A stretch of DNA of 57,345 nt from an uncultured Ruminococcus sp. (GCA_964441695.1 CAYYKO010000002.1:1-57345), one strand, 5' to 3'; positions 1 to 8,847 are shown, counted from the first letter of the stretch. A program made the numbers and translations. The notes: generated by a model from the sequence alone, not told the origin.

Positions 1-2
1 GC

Positions 3-218
3 ATTTTCACGACGCTTGTCACCTACGACAACAACTATATCTTCGGCGACAATGAGATAACAGCCGAGGCGTATCTCAAGTTCGGCAAGGGAACCGAAAC
101 CACAAAGTACTTCGACCTTGACGAGAATCCGCTGTTCGTTGACCCGACACACGGAGACTACAGACTGAAGGACGAAAGCCTCATTGACCTCCCTGTCGAG
201 AAGATGGGAAGATATTAA
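3..218 (+). CDS. 3' end of a CDS truncated by the window edge (71 codons; product unknown)
   Basis: Only frame 3 is open from the window edge to TAA 216-218. The tail ...ENPLFVDPTHGDYRLKDESL... resembles the C-terminal PxFVDxxxGDYRL motif of parallel beta-helix proteins (from memory). A strong terminator follows. Confidence 0.5.
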   Translation: MFTTLVTYDNNYIFGDNEITAEAYLKFGKGTETTKYFDLDENPLFVDPTHGDYRLKDESLIDLPVEKMGRY

Positions 219-226
219 GACCTCGA

Positions 227-262
227 AACCGGTGGCAAGCACTATGCTTGCCACCGGTTTTT
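227..262 (+). terminator. Rho-independent terminator
   Basis: 14-bp perfect stem AACCGGTGGCAAGC / GCTTGCCACCGGTT, 5-nt loop, then a T-run. Confidence 0.75.
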
Positions 263-429
263 CGCGATAAGTGACAGACTGTCGGCAAATATTTTACGCC
301 CGGCTGTCATTTAATGCCCTGTTTTGTATGCTTTTTTGCTCACGGAGCTTTCCGTGCAGCTCACAAATCGATCAGCCTCACCTCTATTGTAGCTCTATAA
401 AAAAACAAACGCACGAAATTCGATTTTAC

Positions 430-458
430 TTGATTTATTCTCCGCTGTGTGGTAAAAT
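430..458 (+). promoter_or_regulatory. sigma-A-type promoter for smpB-ssrA
   Basis: TTGATT (430-435), 17-nt spacer, TAAAAT (453-458), preceded by TGg (extended -10). Confidence 0.5.
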
Positions 459-493
459 ATATGTACATCGGTAAGTCAAAAGGAGGAAGGACT

Positions 494-970
494 TTGGCAG
501 ATAAGGCAAAATCGGCAAACAGACGCACCATCGCATACAACCGTAAGGCGCGCCACGACTATTTCGTCGAGGATACCTTCGAGGCGGGTCTCTCTCTTTT
601 CGGCACTGAGGTGAAAAGCGTAAGAAACGGCGCTGTGAATCTTAAGGATTCCTTCTGCTATGTGAAGGACGGCGAGATATTCGCCGTGGGACTTCGGATA
701 AGCCCCTATGAAAAGGGCAACATCTTCAACCGAGACCCCATGCGCGAAAAGAAGCTGCTTATGCACAAGAAGGAAATTCTCAAGCTGTCACAGTACATCA
801 CGCGCGACAGCTACACGCTCGTTCCCCTGTCACTTTATTTCTCCGGCTCAAAGGTAAAGCTTGAGCTCGGGCTGTGCAAGGGTAAGAAGCTGTACGACAA
901 GCGCGAAACGGACGCCAAGCGATCGGCAGCACGCGAGATCGAAAAGGCGACCAAGTATCAAAACCGTTGA
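494..970 (+). CDS. smpB: SsrA-binding protein SmpB
   Basis: Translation ...RTIAYNRKARHDYFVEDTFEAGLSLFGTEVKSVRNG... is typical SmpB. I place the start at in-frame TTG 494, 7 nt after AGGAGG (481-486). ATG 449 of the listed ORF lies inside the predicted promoter. tmRNA lies immediately downstream. Confidence 0.9.
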   Translation: MADKAKSANRRTIAYNRKARHDYFVEDTFEAGLSLFGTEVKSVRNGAVNLKDSFCYVKDGEIFAVGLRISPYEKGNIFNRDPMREKKLLMHKKEILKLSQYITRDSYTLVPLSLYFSGSKVKLELGLCKGKKLYDKRETDAKRSAAREIEKATKYQNR

Positions 971-985
971 AGGCGCCGCTCATGC

Positions 986-1360
986 GGGGGCGTAAAGGTT
1001 TCGACGGGGAGCTTGAAGCGAGATAAGCGGGTAGAGGTTCGGAAGCCTCTTAAATAATTCCGATTAAATATCAAACGCTAACAATAACAGAGTAGCAGTA
1101 GCTGCCTAAGTGCAGCTTGTCCGCCGGAGAATGCCGCGAGCTCCGGTGCCTACGGGTGTACTCACAAACGCAGTACAGGCATCATTTCAGCGGCCCACGT
1201 GAACAGCCCTTTAGCTTTTGAGGCTGTCATGCATAAAAAAGCTACCCTCGGCGAAGCCTGAGCGTCGGCGTCGGCGAGGGGAAATCAAATAGACTCTCTG
1301 CACCCGGAGAAGGTCTCGTGAACGGCTTTTCGGACGCGGGTTCGATTCCCGCCGCTTCCA
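986..1360 (+). ncRNA. ssrA: tmRNA (SsrA)
   Basis: The 5' end GGGGGCGTAAAGGTTTCGACGGGG is a canonical tmRNA start. The 3' end GGACGCGGGTTCGATTCCCGCCGCTTCCA is a tRNA-like T-arm plus acceptor. Internal tag reading frame 1077-1109: GCT AAC AAT AAC AGA GTA GCA GTA GCT GCC TAA, giving ANNNRVAVAA*. Confidence 0.9.
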
Positions 1361-1368
1361 TAAATCAC

Positions 1369-1403
1369 AAAATCCCCCGAAGCTCGGGGGATTTTGTGTT
1401 TTT
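1369..1403 (+). terminator. Rho-independent terminator after ssrA
   Basis: Stem ATCCCCCGA / TCGGGGGAT, 3-nt loop, then TTTTGTGTTTTT. Confidence 0.8.
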
Positions 1404-1580
1404 CCAATGATCACGGGGGATTTCAGCGAAAAAATATTTTCGCAAACGAAAGAATCTTTACGTAAAAATACGTTATTTTTGCGCATCATGCAACACGAAA
1501 TGCAACACGAGCGCCTATTGCGGGCGGCTTGCGAATGCTTATATTATGCCACCGACGAGCAGCCTCGGCGGCTTTTTTCT

Positions 1581-1656
1581 TTTACGCGGTGTAAAGTCGA
1601 CTTTACACCGATTTTACATCGGCGTGATTACGGATTTTACACCGCGACGGTAAAAT
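1581..1656 (+). promoter_or_regulatory. Candidate Pho-box-like hexamer array plus -10 upstream of the Na/Pi symporter
   Basis: TTTACG at 1581 and TTTACA at 1602, 1613 and 1636 (11-bp phasing or multiples). Perfect 22-bp palindrome GGTGTAAAGTC|GACTTTACACC at 1588-1609. TAAAAT at 1651-1656 with no proper -35. Confidence 0.35.
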
Positions 1657-1715
1657 ATGAGTAAAATGCGGGCATGCGGCCTGCGATAACGAATGCTATT
1701 ATATGAGGTACCAAG

Positions 1716-3464
1716 ATGGACATTTTTGACGTTCTTTCGCTCATAGGCGGACTTTGCCTGTTTCTTTTCGGAATGAACCTTATGGGCGATGCACTTGAAA
1801 GAAGTGCCGGAAGCAAGCTTGAGCTTATGATAGGCAAGCTTACAACGGGAAAGCTTGCGGGGCTTCTTACGGGTCTCGGCGTAACAGCCGTTATTCAGAG
1901 CTCTTCTGCTACCACAGTCATGGTCGTCGGCTTTGTTAACTCTAAGCTCATGACGCTGAAGCAGGCGATCCACGTTATCATGGGCGCGAATATCGGCACG
2001 ACCGTCACGGCGTGGATATTGAGTCTCAGCGGCATTTCCGGCAGCAGCATGTTCCTGAAGCTTCTGAAGCCCTCCTCCTTCACGCCGATCCTTGCCCTTA
2101 TCGGAATCATCCTTTTGATGTTTACAAAGAGCAACAAAAAGAAGGACATCGGCATAGTGCTGCTCGGCTTTGCGACATTGATGTTCGGAATGGAAGCCAT
2201 GACGGATGCGGTTTCTGGACTCAAGGATATCCCCGCCTTCCGCGAAATGTTCGTTATGTTCAAAAATCCCATCTTAGGCGTTATCGTCGGAGCCGTGCTC
2301 ACCGCTGTAATTCAGTCAAGCTCCGCCTCGGTCGGTATCCTTCAGGCGCTTGCCGCTACCGGTGCCGTTTCCTACGGCGCGGCTATCCCGATAATCATGG
2401 GACAGAACATCGGCACGTGCATTACCGCAATCCTCTCCTCCGTCGGAACGACAAAGAACGCGCGCCGCGCGGCTCTCGTGCATCTGTCCTTTAACGTTAT
2501 CGGCACGGCGGTGTGCCTTACCGCCTTCGTTGCGGCTAAGACGTTTTTTGCTCCCGCACTGCTGAATGAGGCTGCAAACCACGCGGGCATCGCAACGGCG
2601 CACTCCATATTCAACATTGTATGTACCGCGCTGCTCCTTCCGATGTCCGGTCTTCTCGAAAAGCTTGCTTACAAGCTGATACCCGACACGCAGCAGGTCG
2701 AAAAGACCTCCGAGCTTGACGACAGACTTCTCGCCACTCCCGCCATCGCGCTCGAGTGCGCGCACAGCCTCTCGTTTGAAATGGCAGCTGTCACGACGGA
2801 CGCGCTGAAGAAAAGTCTCGAATGCCTTGCCTCCTACGACAAAGCCCAGGCGGAAGCAATCCGTGCGGCAGAGGACAGGACCGACCACTTCGAGGATGTG
2901 ATCGGCAGCTATCTTGTGAAGCTCAGCACAAAGCAGCTCAACGAAAACGAGGGTACTATGGCGTCCATGCTGCTTAAGGCTATCGGCGACCTCGAGCGCA
3001 TTTCCGACCACGCCGTCAATATTCTGGAATCAGCCGAGGAAATGCAGGAAAAGGGGATCGCGTTTTCCGAGTGTGCGCGGGAGGAGCTTGACTCGCTCTG
3101 CGCGGCAACTGTAGAAATCGTCGAGCTTTCCCATAAGGCTTTCACGGAAAGCAGCGCCGAATGTGCAAAGCTCGTCGAGCCTCTTGAGCAGGTCATCGAC
3201 ACAATGAAGGAGCTGCTCCGCACGCGTCACATCGACCGCCTGTGCGTGGGCGATTGCAGCATCGAGGCAGGCTTCGTATGGAGCGACCTTATCACAGACA
3301 TGGAAAGAGTTTCGGACCACTGCTCCAACATCGCAGGCTGTGTCATGGACATGAAGGAGCAGAACATGAACCTCCACGAATCCTTAAAAATGCTCAGAAG
3401 CGACAACGAGACCTACAGAGAAAAATACCGCGAATACACACGGAAGTATCTTTCGTTTGTGTGA
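1716..3464 (+). CDS. Na/Pi cotransporter family protein with C-terminal PhoU-like domain
   Basis: 582 aa. The N-terminus MDIFDVLSLIGGLCLFLFGMNLMGDALE... and duplicated ...VIQSSSAT/VIQSSSAS... repeats are typical of NptA-type Na/Pi symporters. The soluble helical C-terminal half is PhoU-like. RBS GAGG lies 7 nt upstream. Confidence 0.88.
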   Translation: MDIFDVLSLIGGLCLFLFGMNLMGDALERSAGSKLELMIGKLTTGKLAGLLTGLGVTAVIQSSSATTVMVVGFVNSKLMTLKQAIHVIMGANIGTTVTAWILSLSGISGSSMFLKLLKPSSFTPILALIGIILLMFTKSNKKKDIGIVLLGFATLMFGMEAMTDAVSGLKDIPAFREMFVMFKNPILGVIVGAVLTAVIQSSSASVGILQALAATGAVSYGAAIPIIMGQNIGTCITAILSSVGTTKNARRAALVHLSFNVIGTAVCLTAFVAAKTFFAPALLNEAANHAGIATAHSIFNIVCTALLLPMSGLLEKLAYKLIPDTQQVEKTSELDDRLLATPAIALECAHSLSFEMAAVTTDALKKSLECLASYDKAQAEAIRAAEDRTDHFEDVIGSYLVKLSTKQLNENEGTMASMLLKAIGDLERISDHAVNILESAEEMQEKGIAFSECAREELDSLCAATVEIVELSHKAFTESSAECAKLVEPLEQVIDTMKELLRTRHIDRLCVGDCSIEAGFVWSDLITDMERVSDHCSNIAGCVMDMKEQNMNLHESLKMLRSDNETYREKYREYTRKYLSFV

Positions 3465-3513
3465 GGGACGAGTATTTAACATAACGACCGAAGGCTTCGC
3501 TTCAACGTAACGG

Positions 3514-3547
3514 AAAGGCTCCGAGGGCTCACGCCCCGGAGCCTTTT
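3514..3547 (+). terminator. Rho-independent terminator
   Basis: Stem AAAGGCTCCG / CGGAGCCTTT followed by T's. Confidence 0.7.
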
Positions 3548-3614
3548 GCACGCACGTCTTGTGTGCGGCACTGTGCATTTCGGTATGTTTTTCCTTCTTT
3601 TGAAAGACGCCCTA

Positions 3615-3643
3615 TTGTAAAATCAGGGCTGTTGTGATAAAAT
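3615..3643 (+). promoter_or_regulatory. sigma-A-type promoter
   Basis: TTGTAA, 17-nt spacer, TAAAAT, with TGa extended -10. Confidence 0.5.
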
Positions 3644-3679
3644 ATAGAGGAAGTAATATCACAAAAAGGACACCCCGAT

Positions 3680-4867
3680 ATGGAATACAAATTTTCAAAT
3701 AAGCTTGCTTCTATGAAGCCCTCCGCTATCCGCGAAATATTCAAGTCTCTTACCGACCCGACGATAATCAGCTTTGCGGCGGGAAATCCCTCTCCGCTCT
3801 CCTTCCCCTCCGAGGAAATGGCGCGAATTGCCGAGGATATTTTCGCAAACGACGCTACCACTGCTCTCCAGTACGGCACGACCGAGGGCTATGCGCCCTT
3901 AATTGATGCCGTCGATGCACGTATGGCATCGCGCTTCGGCATTTTCGGCGACGGCGACCAGACGATAATCACCTCCGGCGGTCAGCAGGGCATCGAGCTT
4001 GCCTGCAAGGCTCTTTGCAATGAGGGTGACGCTGTCATCTGCGAGAACCCGACCTTTATCGGTGCGCTCAACGCCTTCCGCTCGAACGGAGCCGAGACTG
4101 TCGGCGTTCCGCTCGGCGACGACGGTATCGACACCGTGCGCCTCGAGGAGATCGTAAAGGCGACGCCGAATGCGAAGCTTCTTTACCTCATCCCGACCTT
4201 CCACAATCCCGCGGGAATCACCTCGACTCTCGAGAACCGCAAAAAAGTTTACGACATCGCAAAGCGCTACGGTCTTATCATCCTCGAGGACAACCCCTAC
4301 GGCGAGCTTCGATTCGCGGGAGAGGATGTTCCGACGATCAAATCCTTCGACACGGACGGCATCGTGCTCTACTGCTCGTCCTTCTCGAAAATACTTTCCG
4401 CCGGAATGCGCGTCGGCTTTATCAGAGGACCGCGTGAGATAATTCAGAAGATGGTCATCGCAAAGCAGGTCGAGGACGTTCACACGAACATGTTCTTCCA
4501 GATGCTCTGCCACCGCTTCATGACCGAATGCGACCTTGACGCGCATATTGCGGGAATTCGCCGACTCTACGGCGCAAAGTGCGCTCTCATGCTCGACTGC
4601 CTCGAGCGCGAGCTCCCGAAAAGCATCAGCTTCACACGCCCCGAGGGCGGACTGTTCGTTTGGTGTACGGTTCAGGGCACCGACGACGCCTCCGCATTCG
4701 TGCAGAGTGCGCTCGCACGCAAGGTAGCGGTCGTTCCCGGCGCGACCTTCAATGCAGACCCCACAGCACCCTCGCCCTCCTTCCGCCTCAACTACTCCAT
4801 GCCCTCCGACGAGCAGATAGTGACCGGCGTTCACGCTCTCGGCGAGGCGGCTCACGAGCTGTTCTGA
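3680..4867 (+). CDS. PLP-dependent aminotransferase, class I/II (AspC/LysN-like)
   Basis: 395 aa. ...SFAAGNPSP..., ...YLIPTFHNPAG... and the Schiff-base motif ...SSFSKILSAGMRVGF... are fold-type I aminotransferase signatures. Confidence 0.85.
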   Translation: MEYKFSNKLASMKPSAIREIFKSLTDPTIISFAAGNPSPLSFPSEEMARIAEDIFANDATTALQYGTTEGYAPLIDAVDARMASRFGIFGDGDQTIITSGGQQGIELACKALCNEGDAVICENPTFIGALNAFRSNGAETVGVPLGDDGIDTVRLEEIVKATPNAKLLYLIPTFHNPAGITSTLENRKKVYDIAKRYGLIILEDNPYGELRFAGEDVPTIKSFDTDGIVLYCSSFSKILSAGMRVGFIRGPREIIQKMVIAKQVEDVHTNMFFQMLCHRFMTECDLDAHIAGIRRLYGAKCALMLDCLERELPKSISFTRPEGGLFVWCTVQGTDDASAFVQSALARKVAVVPGATFNADPTAPSPSFRLNYSMPSDEQIVTGVHALGEAAHELF

Positions 4868-4907
4868 TTCACAAAACACATCTCACCCTACGAAAGGAAG
4901 AAGCAGT

Positions 4908-5441
4908 ATGAACATCTGGCACGATATCAATCCAAAGAGAATAACTCCCGAAAGCTTTACGGCAGTCATTGAAATATCAAAGGGAAGCAAGCTCAAGTAC
5001 GAGCTCGACAAGGAAACGGGCATAATGAGGCTCGACCGCATTCTCTACACCTCTACGCACTACCCCGCAAATTACGGCTTCATCCCCCGCACCTACGCGG
5101 AGGACAATGACCCGCTCGACGTGCTTGTCATCTGCTCCGAGCCTATCGACAGCATGACACTCGTCGACGTGTACCCCATCGGCGTTATAACGATGGTCGA
5201 CTCGGGAAGCAACGACGAAAAGGTCATCGCCATCCCGCATTCCGACCCGAACTACAATATGTACAAGTCGGTCTTCGACCTGCCGAGCCACATCTTCATG
5301 GAGATGAGCCACTTCTTCAAGGTGTACAAGCAGCTTGAGGATCGCGAAACAAATGTCGACGACCTGCGCGGTCCCGACGAGGCACGTGAGATAATCAACG
5401 AATCGATCGAGCGGTACGACAGATACTTCACAAACCTTTGA
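4908..5441 (+). CDS. ppa: Inorganic pyrophosphatase (family I)
   Basis: 177 aa. ...VIEISKGSKLKYELDKETG...RILYTSTHYPANYGFIPRTYAEDNDPLDVLV... matches family I PPase. Confidence 0.93.
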   Translation: MNIWHDINPKRITPESFTAVIEISKGSKLKYELDKETGIMRLDRILYTSTHYPANYGFIPRTYAEDNDPLDVLVICSEPIDSMTLVDVYPIGVITMVDSGSNDEKVIAIPHSDPNYNMYKSVFDLPSHIFMEMSHFFKVYKQLEDRETNVDDLRGPDEAREIINESIERYDRYFTNL

Positions 5442-5465
5442 GAAATCACATTACGGAGAATATTA

Positions 5466-6698
5466 ATGTTTATTGACAAGATAAAGATAAACGTCAAGGC
5501 AGGCAGCGGCGGCGACGGCGCGGTCTCCTTCAGACGCGAAAAATATGTTGCCAAGGGCGGTCCCGACGGCGGTGACGGCGGGAACGGCGGTAATATCATA
5601 GTCCGCTGCGACGATTCCGTCAACACGCTGCTCGCGTTCCGATATAAAAGAAAATTCGCCGCCGAAAACGGCGGTGGCGGATCGGGAGCGAAATGCCACG
5701 GCAAAAACGGCGAGAGCGTCGTTATAAAGGTTCCGCGCGGCACACTGATCAAGGATCCGGTAAGCGGACGCATCATCAAGGACATGTGCGACGACGAGGA
5801 TTTCGTGCTCTGCCGCGGAGGTCGCGGAGGCTGGGGAAACCGCCACTTCGCAACCCCGACAAGACAAATTCCCCGCTTTGCGAAAAGCGGTCTGCCGGGC
5901 GAGGAAAAGGAAGTCACGCTTGAGCTTAAAATGATAGCCGATGTAGGACTGGTCGGTCTGCCGTCAGCGGGCAAGTCTTCCCTGCTCGGCGCGATATCCG
6001 CCGCACGCCCGAAGGTCGCGGAGTACCACTTTACGACTCTCGAGCCGAGCCTCGGTGTCGTCAGCGTGTCCGACGAAAACGCATTCGTTGCCGCGGATAT
6101 TCCCGGACTTATCGAGGGCGCGTCCGACGGACTCGGTCTCGGTCACGATTTTCTGCGTCACATCGAGCGATGCCGAATGCTCATTCAGGTCATAGACGTT
6201 GCGGGAACCGAGGGTCGCACACCCGTTGAGGATTTCCGCGTCATCGACGAGGAGCTGACGCGCTTTTCGCCCGAGCTTGCAGCACGCCCGAGGATCATAG
6301 CCGCAAACAAGGCGGATCTCATGGTCAACGGTGAGGAGGAATTCGCGGAAATTCCCGAAGTCTCCGAGGAGGCTGCGCAGCTTGAAGCTCTTTGCGCCGA
6401 GCGCGGCTACAGCGTGGTCTACATTTCCGCCGCAGCACGGCTCAATCTCCGTGCGCTTATCGCCGAGAGCGCGCGTCTTCTTTCGACACTGCCTCCCGTT
6501 GTGACCTACGACCCCGAGATAATCGAGGACGAGACACGAGACGACGAGCTCGCAGGAGCGGACGCCGTTACCATCCGTCGCGGCGACGACGCCTCCTATA
6601 TCGTTTCCGGCGAATGGGCTGAAAAGCTTGCCGGACGCGTCAATTTCGCAGACCGCGACTCGCTCATGTATTTCGATCGCTCGCTCATTCGCGCCTGA
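5466..6698 (+). CDS. obg: GTPase Obg/CgtA, ending at an in-frame TGA ahead of the conserved C-terminus
   Basis: MFIDKIKINVKAGSGGDGAVSFRREKYVAKGGPDGGDGGNGG... is the Obg fold. G-domain motifs GLPSAGKSS and DIPGLIEGA are present, and the OCT domain starts near ...AVTIRRGDDASYIVSG.... The ORF stops at TGA 6696-6698. Confidence 0.9.
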   Translation: MFIDKIKINVKAGSGGDGAVSFRREKYVAKGGPDGGDGGNGGNIIVRCDDSVNTLLAFRYKRKFAAENGGGGSGAKCHGKNGESVVIKVPRGTLIKDPVSGRIIKDMCDDEDFVLCRGGRGGWGNRHFATPTRQIPRFAKSGLPGEEKEVTLELKMIADVGLVGLPSAGKSSLLGAISAARPKVAEYHFTTLEPSLGVVSVSDENAFVAADIPGLIEGASDGLGLGHDFLRHIERCRMLIQVIDVAGTEGRTPVEDFRVIDEELTRFSPELAARPRIIAANKADLMVNGEEEFAEIPEVSEEAAQLEALCAERGYSVVYISAAARLNLRALIAESARLLSTLPPVVTYDPEIIEDETRDDELAGADAVTIRRGDDASYIVSGEWAEKLAGRVNFADRDSLMYFDRSLIRA

Positions 6699-6782
6699 AT
6701 TATCGACCGTCTCCGCGAGGCGGGCTGCGAGGAGGGCGACACGGTCAACTTCTGCGGCATGGAATTTGATTTCATAGACTGA
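6699..6782 (+). other. obg: In-frame continuation of obg after the TGA: 27 codons encoding the conserved Obg C-terminal tail
   Basis: The same frame reads IIDRLREAGCEEGDTVNFCGMEFDFID then TGA (6780-6782). That stop overlaps the ATG (6782) of the next gene. Confidence 0.7.
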
Positions 6783-7345
6783 TGGCGGACAGCGAATTTT
6801 CGCGCAACGCCGAGCAGTCGGTCAAGCGCCTTGAGGCGCTCGGACTGATAAAAGCGGGCACGTGCCTTGTAAGCTGCGATGGGACGATGCCAAGCGGCGA
6901 CGGAGAAAAGCTCCGCCTTCACCGACTGATGCACCAAGGCTTTGAAAACGCCCGCTATGTAATATCGTATTCGCCGACGGACAGTGCCTTGCCGGAGGTG
7001 ACGCCCTTTGAGGCGGAGTCTGACCTTATCTCCGCCGAGCGTGACCTTATACGGCAGCTGAATGCCTCGGTCTCGGCTTCGCCGAAGGGGCACGCGGTAT
7101 TCCTTCGCACAGTCGAAGGCACAACGGTGCTTATCGGTGCGGCAACACCCGCATGCGCTGAAAAGACCGCCGTTGCCGTGCATCGCTCGGCAATTAGCGC
7201 ACATCAGCTGAGGGCGGCATATCGCGATATTATTGACTACGTCGGAGAGCGCAGCGCAAAAATCACCGAAGAAATACGCCGAATGAGAAGCGGCTCGCTT
7301 TATATGAAAAGCCGCGACAGTCGGCAATCGGAGACAGACAAATGA
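6782..7345 (+). CDS. Hypothetical protein (187 aa)
   Basis: Open frame with genome-typical codon usage, overlapping neighbours at both ends (TGATG at 6780-6784; ATGA at 7342-7345). No family recognised. Confidence 0.6.
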   Translation: MADSEFSRNAEQSVKRLEALGLIKAGTCLVSCDGTMPSGDGEKLRLHRLMHQGFENARYVISYSPTDSALPEVTPFEAESDLISAERDLIRQLNASVSASPKGHAVFLRTVEGTTVLIGAATPACAEKTAVAVHRSAISAHQLRAAYRDIIDYVGERSAKITEEIRRMRSGSLYMKSRDSRQSETDK

Positions 7346-8841
7346 ACACACAGGATATACTGACAAAATTTTATGCGCTTCAGGAAAAGCTGAGTGCATA
7401 CAATCATGCCGTCGAGCTGATATATTACGACGGCGCGACCACAGCCCCGAAGGCTACCGCCGAAAACCGCGCCCACGCGCTCGGAATTCTCAGCGAGGAA
7501 TGCTATCGCCTGTCAACAGGGGACGAGATGCTGTCCTATATCGACGCGCTCGCCGCCGTGCGCGACAGTCTTTCGCCGAAGGATCGCAGGTGCCTTGAGC
7601 TTGCAGAGCGCGAGACGCGTGAGCTGAGAAGCATTCCCATCGAGGAATATGTGGAATATCAGCGCCTCATCGTCGAGGCGGAGGACGTGTGGCACGACGC
7701 AAAGGAAAACAACGATTTCGACGCGTTCTGCCCGTATCTTGAGAAAATATTCGACACAAAGCGCCGCTTTGCAGGGTACTGCGACAGCGAAGCCGACCCG
7801 TATGACTACTGCCTCGGTCAATTTGAGGACGGTCTGACGACGCAAAAATGCGACGAATTCTTCGCCGTGCTCAAAGCTCGTCTGCTGCCGCTCATCGCCG
7901 AGCTCTCGAGTGCCGAGCAGCTCGACACCTCACCTCTGCACGGTAATTTCTCCGACGCCGACCAGCTGAAGCTCTCGCTTCGACTCATGGACAAGATGGG
8001 CATCGACCGTCGGCGCTGCGGACTCGGCACGACGCTCCATCCGTTCACGACGTCGATAGGCTCGCACCGCGACGTTCGAATCACGACGAATTTCAAGAGC
8101 GACGACTTCTCCTCGTCGATGTTCAGTGTAATTCACGAGGGCGGTCACGCGCTTTACGACATGAGCTCGGACGAGGAGCTTGCATACACCTTCCTCGACG
8201 GCGGCGTTTCGATGGGAATACACGAAAGCCAAAGCCGCTTCTACGAAAACCTCATCGGACGCAGCCGCGCGTTTATCGATATGATAGCTCCCGACGTGCG
8301 CGAGTGCCTGAAGCTTCCGAGCCTTACCTCCGAGGAGCTTTACCGCGCCGTGAACTGCGTCACGCCGTCGCTCATCCGGACCGAGGCCGACGAGGTCACC
8401 TATTGCCTGCACGTTATGATACGCTATGAGCTTGAGCGTGCGGTAATGAACGGCTCGATCGCCGTGCGCGAGCTGCCACGCGAGTGGAATCGCCTTTATC
8501 GCGAATATCTCGGCGTCGAGGTTCCCGACGACACGCACGGCGTCCTTCAGGACAGCCACTGGTCGGGCGGAATGATCGGCTATTTCCCCTCGTATGCTTT
8601 AGGCAGCGCATACGGCGCGCAATTTCTTGACAAGATGCGCGAGGATATCGATGTCGACGCGTGCATATCGCGCGGAGATTTCGCACCGATCAACGAGTGG
8701 AACCGCGAGAAGATCTGGCATCACGGCTGCATGCTGAAGCCGGGTGAGCTTCTGGCGGAAGTTTTCGGCGAGCCCTTCGACCCGACACACTACACCGATT
8801 ATCTCGAAAAGAAATACAAGGAGCTTTACGGCATAGCGTAA
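7342..8841 (+). CDS. Carboxypeptidase, M32 family (Taq-like metallocarboxypeptidase)
   Basis: 499 aa. Carries the HEXXH zinc motif ...VIHEGGHALYD... plus ...GIHESQSRFYEN... and ...IRTEADEVTY..., typical of M32. Confidence 0.9.
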   Translation: MNTQDILTKFYALQEKLSAYNHAVELIYYDGATTAPKATAENRAHALGILSEECYRLSTGDEMLSYIDALAAVRDSLSPKDRRCLELAERETRELRSIPIEEYVEYQRLIVEAEDVWHDAKENNDFDAFCPYLEKIFDTKRRFAGYCDSEADPYDYCLGQFEDGLTTQKCDEFFAVLKARLLPLIAELSSAEQLDTSPLHGNFSDADQLKLSLRLMDKMGIDRRRCGLGTTLHPFTTSIGSHRDVRITTNFKSDDFSSSMFSVIHEGGHALYDMSSDEELAYTFLDGGVSMGIHESQSRFYENLIGRSRAFIDMIAPDVRECLKLPSLTSEELYRAVNCVTPSLIRTEADEVTYCLHVMIRYELERAVMNGSIAVRELPREWNRLYREYLGVEVPDDTHGVLQDSHWSGGMIGYFPSYALGSAYGAQFLDKMREDIDVDACISRGDFAPINEWNREKIWHHGCMLKPGELLAEVFGEPFDPTHYTDYLEKKYKELYGIA

Positions 8842-8847
8842 GCTCAC

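Noticed and set aside
449-493. ATG 449 as the smpB start
   Set aside because: It falls inside the predicted promoter (the -10 is at 453-458) and adds 15 non-conserved residues. TTG 494 has an ideal AGGAGG RBS.
1488-1511. Tandem duplication ATGCAACACGAA / ATGCAACACGAG
   Set aside because: Only two 12-nt units within a non-coding spacer. No array and no associated structure, so it is too small to interpret.
1407-1664. 85-aa ORF between ssrA and the Na/Pi symporter
   Set aside because: It has no RBS, begins inside the ssrA terminator tail, and runs across the palindrome and hexamer array. Its composition is unlike that of real proteins in this window.
986-1715. Genomic island or prophage integrated at ssrA
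   Set aside because: tmRNA genes are frequent integration sites, but I found no integrase and no duplicated copy of the ssrA 3' end. Only about 350 bp of non-coding DNA separate it from an ordinary transporter gene.
3899-4879. 326-aa ORF on the minus strand
   Set aside because: Antisense to the aminotransferase gene, which carries the PLP-lysine motif. No recognisable domain.
6696-6698. Alternative genetic code (TGA read as Gly or Trp) to explain the in-frame TGA in obg
   Set aside because: TGA terminates several other genes here exactly at their expected conserved ends (smpB, the aminotransferase, ppa, and the second obg stop itself). No other gene shows internal TGAs. The standard code 11 fits the window.
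6596-7399. 267-aa ORF on the minus strand spanning the obg 3' end and the hypothetical gene
   Set aside because: It crosses two gene junctions that show translational-coupling overlaps on the plus strand. The translation is Cys/Arg-rich with no motif. The plus-strand frame has the better codon usage.
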